From contig NC_042998.1 in NCBI RefSeq assembly GCF_006345805.1, forward strand, positions 74,772,001-74,836,000: a DNA stretch of 64,000 bases, given 5' to 3'. Positions 12,620-23,469 of the stretch are shown here, in pieces. Numbering within the stretch: position 1 is the first letter of the stretch; every line of letters starts with the position of its first letter. This DNA is from Octopus sinensis (taxonomy: Eukaryota). Both the position numbers and the translations under genes were made by a program. Under the pieces are notes generated by a model. That model saw only the letters and a list, made by a program, of their open reading frames with translations. It was not told where the DNA came from and searched no databases.

Positions 12620-14000
12620 ACAATACGAGAAAATACCCTGACATTTGGAGGCACGCTTTATTGTTTCTCATCCCAGAAAAAGGCAATCTCCCTAACCAAG
12701 GGAATTATTGTTCATTTCTCACGTATTTCTAACCACTCGAGTAAGGTAACCATTAACAGTAGCGATCCACAACAGCCTGAATATTTCTCATTCTTTCTCT
12801 CTGTCTATCACTCACTCTTCAGTGACCACCTGTACGGCTTCTGCAAAGGCTGATCCATTGGAGTCCTCCCTTATGTCAATCACCAGTCAGGTCCCGTTTT
12901 ACAGAAGTTTGGTAGCAGTGATGTTCATATACAAAACCTTCGATAATGTTTGGCATGCAAATGTTCCATCAAAAGTTCCACCAATCTCTCATGTCTTGGG
13001 TTGGCAGCTTCGTGTCAGGTCACGTCATCTCGGCATTTGTTTAAAAGCATTTTCCTGTTCCGATTTTACTAAACTCTGACGTTTCCCAGGATTAGGTTTC
13101 CTTCCTCACATCACTTCTAGCAATATTTACAAAATAGCATCACCTCCCACTCTTTAAATTTATCCAACCATGCACCAACTACACGCAATCTATACACCAC
13201 AGACATAGACGAACCCTGAGACTAACAGTCTATGATGCCATCTCAACCTCACTTTCAAGAGATAAAAAGTATCTGAAACATTATTAATTAACAAGTAAAC
13301 ACCACGCACTACCTTAGCAAAAGGTGCACTCGCAATTCTTCTAAATGCTGTGCTTCACTTTCATAAAGGACTTCTTTTTATGAAAGTATGCCTTTAGCCT
13401 AGCTAGGACCGTATTCCAGTGGTTGGTTCTTCTCTGCAGAGTCAGAAAATTAGTTTTGACTCCAGCACCAACTGAAACTTTACAACACTCAACTGTGGTT
13501 CACAACACTCAAGTGAGGCTTTCAACTCTCAAATGAAGCTCATTCAAGTAAAAAATCGCATATCTGGATATCCTATTTCGCATCTAGATAATGGCCACTC
13601 AGTTGACTGACATTCAAACGCATACACATACACTCACACACATACACACACGCACGCACACATAACTCACACACGAGCGGATGAGACGGCTGGGCGATAG
13701 GCGTGCTATCTCTTGTCTGCCTTTTCTATTTAATGTCCGCTGTTCCTCAGAGATGGCTGATCTCGTGCCGCGTCATTCAGACATTTTCGAGTTACTCGAC
13801 TTTACCTCTCATTGCATTTAACATTCCAATCTCTTGGTTGTATCCACATTCCAATCCGAACCCGTGTTATCACTATAAACATTCCTTCATCTTCAGAACA
13901 TCGGTTCTATGCAATTTTCTTTCCCTTCATGTTTTTATGCAGGTGTTGACCTTTAACAGTCTAAAAGGAACATCAATAGTTTCAAGCTCACTGGTTATGG
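12620..14000 (+). mobile_element. Decayed L2/CR1-group LINE (RT and 3' end)
   Basis: NYCSFL (NYRPISL-like); KTFDNVWH (KAFDxVWH); DVSQ (GVPQG-like); terminal HSFIFRTSVLCNFL (SFIPRTxxLWNxL). Confidence 0.65.
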
Positions 14001-14391
14001 ATATCTAAAATGTCATAGATGCTGCCCCTACCGCCAGACTCAGCTACAAAATTAAAAAAAGAACAGTCCTCTTGGTGGGCTACTATTTAATTTTTGTATA
14101 CTAAGTTCAGTTACAAGACCCAGCTTGTTACAACACTCTACTTGATGACAAGGTCCGACTTGATGACAAAACTCGACTTAATACAAAGCTATAAAAAAGG
14201 TACATGTCCAAGATGTTACGCAATGGGTTTCAAATTCGAGGCCTTGTCATTGCTGAACGAAGTACTCAGCTACTCATTCGTTTGAAGGATGGGAGACTGA
14301 CGAAAACAAAATTAGAATGACAATCATTGTAGTTAATACATCAAGTCATTATCAATGTCCATTGGCTTATTGTGTATACGAGTAGTTAAAC

Positions 14392-14666
14392 CAGTAGGTC
14401 CCAAAGTGTGAGGTACTGCTCCCCTGAGGGTGGAGGGAATCCATGGGAGTTGAACAAAAGTGGGGCGATAATTGGGTAGCTAAAACTGGTCAACTGATGT
14501 AAAAAAATAATGGATTAATTAGTGTACGTTTTATTTGGGAAATACTGTTGTTTTGATTTTGCTACAGATAGCAGCCTACGTTTGTGGTGTGAGCGGGGGG
14601 TGGGGGTAAAGGAATGATACCTGTGTATCAAAGGGGTGACAACCTGAAAACATTTGGGGACTACTG
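14392..14666. mobile_element. hAT (Charlie-like) MITE
   Basis: TIRs cagtaggtcccaaa / tttggggactactg. Flanks agttaaac and aataaaac match at 6 of 8 positions, consistent with a decayed 8-bp TSD. Confidence 0.75.
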
Positions 14667-15341
14667 AATAAAACAAGCAAAATGTACCCACATTAGGTTA
14701 TCAGATTGTGTGTGTATAACGTATACACGATGTATTTTTAAAATGTCTTTCCCTCTGGGAATTAGGTATATAGGGTATCAATGAATGAAAGTACGGTAGA
14801 ATCCGTGAAGTAGTAATGCATTATGTTTAAAAAAGCGGATATTTTAGTGATGAAATAATTCTAGTGACATAAGTCGCTCCATAATACTGATAGGTTGCTG
14901 TTAGCTAAGAGAAATATAAAACAGTGTTTTACTGGTAATATAGCGGTTTAGTAGGAGGAGGGTAATACCAAGCAACGTATAAAAATAAAATAAGAGAAGT
15001 AAAAATAAGTAAACAAAACAAATAAATTAAATCAAAATAAAACGGAATTAGAATATGAAGTCTAATGGAATTAAGCATAAAACGAAGAATAGAAATGGTA
15101 CGAAGAAAGATGAGAGAGATCTCGCCATAGATTATACTGGAAGTTCTGAATAAAAGATATATGTAAGATATATAAAGATAAAATTAGCAGAGAAGAGGAA
15201 TATTTAATAAGGTCTAGAATAAAATTAACACACGGAAATACTTATACTTTACACACACGCATACACATACACACATATGTATGTACGTATAGATTGTTTG
15301 AAGCGGTATACAGGTTTATATATTAAGAAGAAAAAAACAGG

Positions 15342-15455
15342 TAGTCAGAATTTTGGATGATTATTTATTTAGCACTTTCATTTCGTTTCAGAGATTCACG
15401 AATCTCTAAAATGAGATGAAAGCGCTAAATAAATAATGAACCAGAATTCTGACTA
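15342..15455. repeat. Foldback hairpin whose arms are 3' halves of a hammerhead
   Basis: About 56-bp arms around a 2-nt centre (gagattc-ac-gaatctc). The right arm reads atctc-taaaat-gagat-GAA-AGCGCT-A-aata; CUGANGA is absent. Confidence 0.75.
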
Positions 15456-15473
15456 TTTCCCATTCCTTAGTAC

Positions 15474-15514
<41 letters not shown>

Positions 15515-16387
15515 ACACACACACACACACACACACCACACACACACACACACAATCATATATATATATATATATCAAACGGCATTTTAAGTTAAAATGA
15601 ACATGAGGATCAGTAGAAGGCTATTAAAAGATAGAGAAATGTAAATTTAAATCTATTAATAAGTAACTAATGAATCGTTTAATGGTTTATTGAAAGAGGG
15701 AATTCGATGAAATGCAAAAGTATTAATGCTGAAAATAATGATGGATTAAAATAAGTCATAATTTATGAAGGCTGTGGTTTTGAAATCGAATGATCAAAAC
15801 ATGTTACTCTCACTAATAGAAACCCAGTAGATCATTAGAAACTTAAAAATAACGATGCTGTCCTTCACAAATGCATGAAATAAAAGAAATACCATGACTT
15901 TCCTTTTGATCATATCAGTACAGATGTTAAACCATTCTATTCGCACAAATTTTAACCCTTCAAACTCCTAGGTATCAAAGATTTGTAAATATACACGAAG
16001 AAAGAAAAATCTGACGAACAACAAAAAAAAAAAAAAACAACAATGTTCTAATACAATTGACATCCCAAAATCCAAGTTACCCAATATCGAAACTAAATGC
16101 GTCCTTTAGTATTTTCATTGTTGATAAACACATCCTTTTAAATACTACGTCGGTTTTTGAAGTGCCTCCCAAAAAAGCAGGAAAGAACAGCATTAAGATT
16201 AAAGCATGTTCACAGTCACGGTCAAGAGCTCATGATCACAGTATCGTTTTACGAATAGTCAACATATCAAACATATCACATACACACTTCTCACACATAT
16301 AATAAATGGCATGACTCGATAAACGTATGAGATACTACTAGATCACCATAACGATGGTTACAATATACATAAACACATTATACATAA

Positions 16388-16432
<45 letters not shown>

Positions 16433-17292
16433 ATACATACACCACACACTCTCAAGCGAGAACACACATATATAATTGAAAACCAAAAGGATAGTGAAGA
16501 TTTATTCACGTCTGAGACTTTTATTAAAACGTTTTCTACAGCATATATAACAATGACCAACATATGTTTCTACTGCAGCAACTACACATTGTTCTGCGAG
16601 CAATTATGCAGCCTAGTTGCTACAGTTTCATCAAAGGTCCATCACTTACGACGTTTTCATAGTGAGCTAATTGAAACAAGACTCTCGCGTTGGTATTTAA
16701 TTGAAGGTGATACCGTTACTTTTTAAATCGAATTGAATTCTGGTCTTATAATCTCTTCTACTGGTATTGCAGTAGAATTGTGGTTTTACATTTTTTAATA
16801 TATATTACAATTAATTGGAGCAGTTTTCTTCACATTTTACTGTATAAAGGGAGATAAGGAGAGAAAAGAGAATAAGGAATGTATTGAAAGGAGAAATCAA
16901 AAACGGTTAAGAAGGTCATTAAGGCTTTTCACGATTAGAAAATTTAGCCGGAATGAGCAGCTTGAGAGAGGTGTGCTGATAAAGGGATATGAGGGAAACG
17001 GACAAGTAAAGAAAAAAACAAAAACAAAAACAAAAACAAATGGCCATAAGAACCTGGAATATGTTTATTTAAATTCATTGAGAGACATATAAAGACATAC
17101 ACATTCATGTATATACGTATAGATACACATATGCATGTACGCATATACATACGTAAAAACATACATACATGCATAGATGCGTACATACATACATACATAC
17201 TTACATACTAAAAACATTCATAGATATATAAAAAGAAGCTCACTCTAAGTTATACAGCAGTTTATAATATAAAGTTAGATAGGGACAGTTAA

Positions 17293-17355
17293 TAGGATTA
17301 TCCTGGGTTTCACGTCCATAAAGCGCTTAGTTTTATGGCCTATCATCAGATCCCA
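17293..17355 (-). ncRNA. Type I hammerhead motif (left arm)
   Basis: Reverse complement: tgggat-CTGATGA-t-aggccataaa..tttatggacgt-GAA-ACCCAGGAT-A-atccta. Confidence 0.65.
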
Positions 17356-17373
17356 AAATCTGCTTGCTTGTTT

Positions 17374-17436
17374 TGGGATCTGATGATATGGCGTAAATCT
17401 AAGCGCTTCATGGACGTGAAACCCAGTGTTATCCCA
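17374..17436 (+). ncRNA. Type I hammerhead motif (right arm)
   Basis: tgggat-CTGATGA-t-atg...cgt-GAA-ACCCAGTGT-T-atccca; perfect 6-bp stem I, GUU site. Confidence 0.7.
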
Positions 17437-17721
17437 TAAACTGGGCTTATCTAACTTTATTCACACACACACATATATATATATATATATGTAGATATAT
17501 ATATATACGGTAAAATTATACTTAAGGGCACAGAAGCTATAATTGTACCATATACAATTTTATATTTCTATATATGTATTTTACCTAAAAGATTTTACAT
17601 ATGCTGGTCTCTCATAAAATTCGTTGATTTTAATTTTTTATCCTTCAGTTATGCTTATATATATATACAAGCAGAGATACACGGCGTTCCTCGGGATTAA
17701 AATGGCATAGTTTATTTTATT

Positions 17722-17916
17722 GTTTTACTTGTTTCGGTCATGTGACTGCGGCCATGCCGGAGTACAGCCTTTAGTCGAAGAATCGACCCCAGGCTTTATT
17801 CTTTGTAAGCCTAGTACTTATTCTATCGGTGCGTTTTGCCAAACGGCTAAAGTACGCGGATGTAAACACAGCAACTTCGGTTGTCAAGTGATGGTGGAAG
17901 TAAAAACACACACACA
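17722..17916 (-). mobile_element. 3' half of the tRNA-derived SINE family at 22067 and 43001
   Basis: ttttacttgtttcggtcatgtgactgcggccatgc...gtaagcctagtacttattctatcgg closely matches 22067-22260. Confidence 0.85.
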
Positions 17917-17918
17917 AA

Positions 17919-18110
17919 TCTATTATATAAAATCCTTTCTGTCTGTGTGGGTGTCTTCTAAAGATCTCAAGTATCCTCCATCAGATTGCACTCAAATTTA
18001 ATATGTAGATACCGACGGTATCAGAGCGTGTATAAGTCTTGAAAAAATTGCAAAAATCGATTCCAGGTGAGTATGCGACCGATAAAGCCGTGGGAACGTG
18101 CATTTACACG
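17919..18110 (+). mobile_element. 5' end of a non-autonomous Helitron-like element inserted in the SINE (CA)n
   Basis: a|TCtattatataaaatc..ctgtctgtgtg has the same 5' layout as the elements at 31579 and 43826. Confidence 0.5.
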
Positions 18111-18270
18111 CGCAAGTACATCCGTCTTTTGCTGATGTCTCAAATTTAGGTTAAATCAGTGTTTCTCAAAGGAGAGGCCTATGGGACGGTCGGACAAGTT
18201 GTTTTGAGAAAATTTGGTTTAAATGTTTGACAACTCAGCACCGTCCATTGGACGGGAGGCGCTTTGCTCG

Positions 18271-18302
<32 letters not shown>

Positions 18303-18338
18303 ATCCGTTCAAGATTTACTTTACATTCTGCATAATAT

Positions 18339-18441
18339 AAGGTTAGGGTTTAGTGTTAGGGTTAAGGTTTAGGGTTAAGGTCTAGGGTTAGGGTTAAGGT
18401 TAGGGTTCGGCTTAGGGTTAGGATTTAGGATTAAGGTTAGA
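18339..18441 (+). repeat. Degenerate interstitial (TTAGGG)n-like array
   Basis: ggttagggtttagtgttagggttaaggtttagggttaagg...ttagggttaggatttagg. Confidence 0.85.
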
Positions 18442-18464
18442 GTTTCTGTTACGCCGAAAATGGG

Positions 18465-18862
18465 TTGCGTAGGTATTCTTTATCTCCGCCAACGAAACTT
18501 TGGGAATTAATATTAAAACTGCCAGCAAGAAGTGCTACAGTGGAGCGCTCCTTTTCTAACCCAAGGAGAATTCATAATTATACAAGAAATTCGCAAGGAC
18601 AAAAAAGGTTGAGTATGTTAGCTCTAATTGGTATAGAAAAAGTCATTTTAAAAAACGTTAAGAACGACGTTATCAATAATTTCAACAAGAAAGAGAGAGG
18701 ATTGAATTGACATTTAAATAAAATAGGTAAGTTTTAATTGTGATTTATTCTATTTTAAAAATAGTTGTATAATATGAACCTGCCAATTTGATTCAAATAT
18801 CTATGTGACAGAAAATTTTGGTCATTGCTTCCCCAGCCAGAAAAAATTACCGCAGACCCCTG
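18465..18862 (+). mobile_element. 3' end of a hAT transposon (C-terminal dimerisation domain and TIR)
   Basis: LILKLPARSATVERSFSNPRRIHNYTRNSQGQKRLSMLALIGIEK matches the hAT consensus LPxTSAxxERSFSxLxRIKxYLRxxMxQxRLxxLAL. Terminus ccgcagacccctg (CAGGGG TIR). Confidence 0.85.
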
Positions 18863-18867
18863 ATATA

Positions 18868-18908
<41 letters not shown>

Positions 18909-19042
18909 ACATATATATGCACACATATACATACATATTTATTTATGTATAAGTATATATATGTTTATGTATATATACACATATATAAATACACGGGTGT
19001 GTATGATCATGTATAGAAGAATATATTACTCAAAGAATTTCC

Positions 19043-20720
19043 GGTTAAACTAAAGCGTTACACCATTCAAAGAAACAAAAAAATGTGTGTAATAGGTGTA
19101 AAACAACTTCCTCTGAACGAATATGAAAAAAAATGCGCGCACCCGAAAGGGGAGTGGGGAGAGGCCTCGGAAAATTTACAACGGGAATTTCCGATAGCGT
19201 CTGACCCGGGCGCAAAAACAAAAACAAAAATAGCGTAATAGGTGTAAAACAACTTGCTCTAAATGAATATGACAAAAAATGCGCACTCGCGAAAGAGGGG
19301 TGGGGCAGAGGCCTCGGAAAATTTACATCGGGAATTTCCGAAAGCGTCTGACCCGGGCACAAAACCAAAAACAAAAATAGCGCAATAGGTGTAAAACAAC
19401 TTGCTCTAAACGACTATGATGAAAGAAATGCGCGCTCACGAAAGGGGGCGTGGGGGAGAGGCTTCGGAAAGTTCACATCTTCAGGGTCGATAGTATATAG
19501 CGATTCTTGGGCTGCGTATAACTCTCTTGGAAATCTCGGCTATACCCTCTTCCGCATCAACCACAGTGAAAATTTTGTTGATCCTACAAACGCGTCGGTG
19601 CACACACAGGTGATAGAGAGATTGTGGGGGTCAGTTAAGAGATCAGTTGTTCGCCCAGGCATTCTTGCCTGTTACTTAAAGCAATACCTCGCCAAGTTCC
19701 TATTTATGGAAAGCATCAAACCTGCTGCCAAGAGAATACACGTATTCTTATTGGCAGTAGCAAGTCTTCATCCTGGCCCGAGATAATTTTTTCCTCCAAA
19801 CGCAACCCATCTCATTTCTTTATCATCACTGTCGATGGACCACTCAAAGAGGTATGTATACATTATCATTTTCGTAATATAATTTCTGTAAAATTTCAAG
19901 ATGTTTCTGACACGTATTTTGATTCACATGGCGAAGATCCAACATTTCTTCACTTTTTCCAGAATTTCTTCTCTTTATTTTTCTTTTTTGCGAAATATGT
20001 ACAAAAATACGGAGTTTATGATTCATGAGTGAGTGTGTGTTCTTGATAATCGTTTAGAACAAGTAGTTTTACACCAATTACACTATTTTTTCTTAGTTTA
20101 AAGGCCGTGGACTGAAGATGTGAAATTTCCGAAGCCTCTCCCCACCCCCTTTCGTGAGCGCGCATTTTTTTCATCATATTCGTTTAGAGCAAGTTGTTTT
20201 ACACCTATTACGCTATTTTTGTTTTTGTTTTTGTGCCCGGGTCAGACGCTTTCGGAAATTCCCGATGTAAATTTTCCGAGGCCTCTCCCCCACCCCTCTT
20301 TCGCGAGTGCGCATTTTGTTTTTGTCATATTCGTTTAGAGCAAATTGTTTTACACATATTACACTATTTTTTGTTTGTTTTGGTGCCCAGGTCAGCCCCT
20401 CCGACGCTTTAGGAAATTCCCGATGTGAATTTTCCGAGGCCTCTCCCCACCCCTCTTTCGCGAGTGCGCATTTTGTTTTTGTCATATTCGTTTAGAGCAA
20501 ATTGTTTTACACATATTACACTATTTTTTGTTTGTTTTGGTGCCCAGGTCAGCCCCTCCGACGCTTTAGGAAATTCCCGATGTGAATTTTCCGAGGCCTC
20601 TCCTCCACTCCCCTTTCGCGTGCGCGCATTTGTTTTCATATTCGTTCAGAGGAAGTTGTTTTACACCTATTACACACATTTTTTTTGTTTCTTTGAATGG
20701 TGTAGTGCTTTAGTTTAACC
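19043..20720 (+). mobile_element. Internally deleted Merlin (IS1595/IS1016-like) DNA transposon with long compound TIRs
   Basis: Termini GGTTAAACTAAAGC...GCTTTAGTTTAACC. 8-bp TSD gaatttcc / gaaattcc. TIRs at about 19043-19484 and 20111-20720 are built of about 150-bp tandem units. Confidence 0.9.
19481..19786 (+). pseudogene. C-terminal half of a Merlin/IS1595-family DDE transposase
   Basis: Open frame SGSIVYSDSWAAYNSLGNLGYTLFRINHSENFVDPTNASVHTQVIERLWGSVKR, matching IxSDxWxAY..NHS..FVDP..HTQxIExxW. The N-terminus and first catalytic Asp are missing. Confidence 0.9.
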
Positions 20721-20845
20721 GAAATTCCAACTTTGATTTTCACGCTTTATTTACAATCTTATAATAATATAACATAATATAATATAATATAATATAATAT
20801 AATATAATATAATGAAATTGTAGAATATTAAATGTCCATTCTGAT

Positions 20846-20890
20846 TGAACTAGTACTTTCATGCATTAAAGTATGCAATCGTCAGGTTCA
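20846..20890 (-). ncRNA. Minimal type I hammerhead ribozyme motif
   Basis: Reverse complement: tgaac-CTGACGA-t-tgcat acttta atgca-t-GAA-AGTACT-A-gttca. Perfect stems I and II, palindromic stem III, CUA site. Confidence 0.8.
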
Positions 20891-21573
20891 TGTAGTAGTG
20901 GTGACAGTTATGTTTTATAATTTACATCGGTGGCTAGGTGGCTAAACTGTGTGCCTTAAATACATTTGTATAGGCTCCAGAATGTTCATTTTTGCAATCT
21001 GCATTCTGACCCATCAGTGTGTGATTTTACTAAAGTACTCAAGTTGATTGGTGTTTCGTTTAGACGTCACGGTTTGTATATAGATATTTTGTATATATGC
21101 ATACATATATACATAAATATATACATGTACATACACAAATATATATGAATATATAAATATATATAAATATTTATACACACATATATACATATATATATAT
21201 ACATATAATATATATATATATATATATACACACACATCTATACATATATATACATACATATTTTTAAAATGTTAGGGAATAATAAGTATTCCAGGTTATC
21301 AGGACATTTACTATTTTACACTTTACTAATGCAATGTAAACAGTATCATTTATAATATTTTTACAAATTTGGGATTTTACCAATAGTACCGCAACTCATA
21401 TTTCAGGATAACCTTATTTTATGGAATGCACATAGAAAGTTATATCCAATAAAATAATATAAGCATTCAAAACACTTACTATATAAAATACAATAAAATT
21501 ATTTGAAAAATATTTGAAAAATATATATATAACTTACCTGTTATTAGTCAGTGGGGAAAGAAGATATTTGTAA

Positions 21574-21662
21574 TAAACGCTACAAGTGTTTCAGCGCTGC
21601 TGGTGTATTTATCCAGGCTATACATAATGTATAAATCCACCAGTGCGTTCTCAGGCTATTTA
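21574..21662 (-). ncRNA. Hammerhead-like motif with long stem II and an altered core (CUGAGAA)
   Basis: Reverse complement: taaatagc-CTGAGAA-cgcactggtggatttat...ataaatacaccagcagcg-ct-GAA-ACACTTGT-A-gcgttta. Confidence 0.55.
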
Positions 21663-22066
21663 TCTTATTGTTATTATTATTAACGAATCAAAGTTAAGAA
21701 TACATACTATAAGTCATATTAAATAGTAAAATGAGAATACGAGTAAAAACTATAATAAAAATATATAAATTACAAATATATTTTCAAAATTAAAAAAATT
21801 AAAAAAACTTTTAAAATTAAAAAAAATTAAACACCTAAAATTACGTTACCAATATATATATATAGAAAATGCTAAACCTAACGAAATCTTCAACGATTAT
21901 ATTATAAACACATTAAATCCTACAATCTATCTATATAAACATTACGGGAATTAATAATTTAGTTTAAGATTTACCCCTATCTATACAATTGTAAACTAAA
22001 ATTTTTTTATCCCAAACGTATATTAATAGTATTTAGATAGATTATTTAGCAAAAGCCACTATATGC

Positions 22067-22460
22067 TCTTTTACTTGTTTCAGTCACTTGACTGCGGCTA
22101 TGCTGGAGCACCGCCTTTAGTCGAGCAAATCGACCCCGGGACTTATTCTTTGTAAGCCCAGTACGTATTCTATCGGTCTCTTTTGCCGAACCGCTAAGTG
22201 ACGGGGACGTAAACACACCAGCATTGGTTGTCAAGCAATGCTAGGGGGACAAACACAAACATATACACACACACCCATACATATATATACATATATACGA
22301 CAGGCTTCTTTCAGTTTCCGTCTACCAAATCCATTCACAAGGCATTGGTCGGCCCGGGGCTATAGCAGAAGACACTTGCCCAAAATGCCACGCAGTGGGA
22401 CTGAACCCGGAACCATGTGGCTGGTTAGCAAGCTACTTACCACACAGCCACTCCTGCGCC
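22067..22460 (-). mobile_element. Full-length tRNA-derived SINE with internal (CA)/(TA) microsatellite
   Basis: Reverse-complement head ggcgcaggagtggctgtgtggt (A box) ... gggttcagtccc (B box); CORE-like cattttgggcaagtgtcttc; paralog at 43001. Confidence 0.9.
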
Positions 22461-23171
22461 TATGCGTTATAAATTTATTGAATAAAAACTAATAAAAAAA
22501 TCTAGTATAAAAATTAACAAAGGAAGTATACTTATCGACGGTTTACTCCTTATACTTCCTGTGCAAATGGCTGCACCCTCTGTCATGCGCTAAGGATTAT
22601 GGGAGTGACATAAATGAAATAATATATGTGTGTGTATAAATATTTATATATATTTATATATTCATATATATTTGTGTATGTAAATGTATATATTTATGTA
22701 TATATGTATGCATATATACAAAATATCTATATACAAACCGTGACGCCTAATAATATACTCTAATAATATTATACAGGTTGAATTCAAGAGGAGATAATAA
22801 GTAGATACTCTTGAATCTAGCTGTAACTGGATTATTATAGTGTTTAAGGTTTAGAGATTTATGTTAGATTAAATGTGGCCTGTCTATTCCTTTTAAGGTA
22901 ATAGTCTTTAATAAATTCTTGGTTCCTGGTATATCCGTATCTAATACTAGTATTAAGAGACAAAATAAACTCGCAAAAAAATTTGAAGCTACAGGGTGTT
23001 ATCCAGGTAATAGCGGAAACAGTTGTAGGCTAATGATGTTCATAAGATAACCTTTTATTCCCTTATCATATCTTTTTCTTTTTATTGCTCTGTACCCAGC
23101 TACTGATTCGCTCACAAGCATACGCATATTGAGTTCTACACCAGGTCATTAGTAACGTAATGACTAAACAG

Positions 23172-23220
<49 letters not shown>

Positions 23221-23469
23221 GCACACACACACATAGATATATGTATGTATACACACACACAAAGTACAGGGGTTTAGTTCACAGGTGATCTAAACACTTA
23301 GTTACGCTAGGTAAGTGCTGTAACGAATTACTGGGGCTCCAAGGTTATAGCCGAGACGGTAGTAAAGGAGCCATTGAAGATTTCCGATACAGCGGATATA
23401 TGATTGTTAAACAGGACAGCAAACATTAAGGCAAAGCAAACATCTCAAGTCGTATACAATATTATTATT

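Larger units (their letters stand above)
17269..17460. repeat. Foldback with 90-bp arms and a 12-nt spacer, carrying two divergent hammerheads
   Basis: ataaagttagatag...tcatcagatcccaaaa / tctgcttgcttg / ttttgggatctgatga...tatctaactttat. Confidence 0.9.
21060..22750. repeat. Inverted duplication of about 125 bp (21060-21186 vs 22622-22750)
   Basis: ttagacgtcacggtttgtatatagatattttg...tttatacacac equals the reverse complement of 22630-22750 with about 2 substitutions. Confidence 0.9.

Noticed and set aside
19067-20718. Repeated ORFs and a possible CRISPR-like array in the 150-bp units
   Set aside because: The units are contiguous tandem repeats without unique spacers, lie within Merlin TIRs, and no cas genes are present in this eukaryotic DNA.
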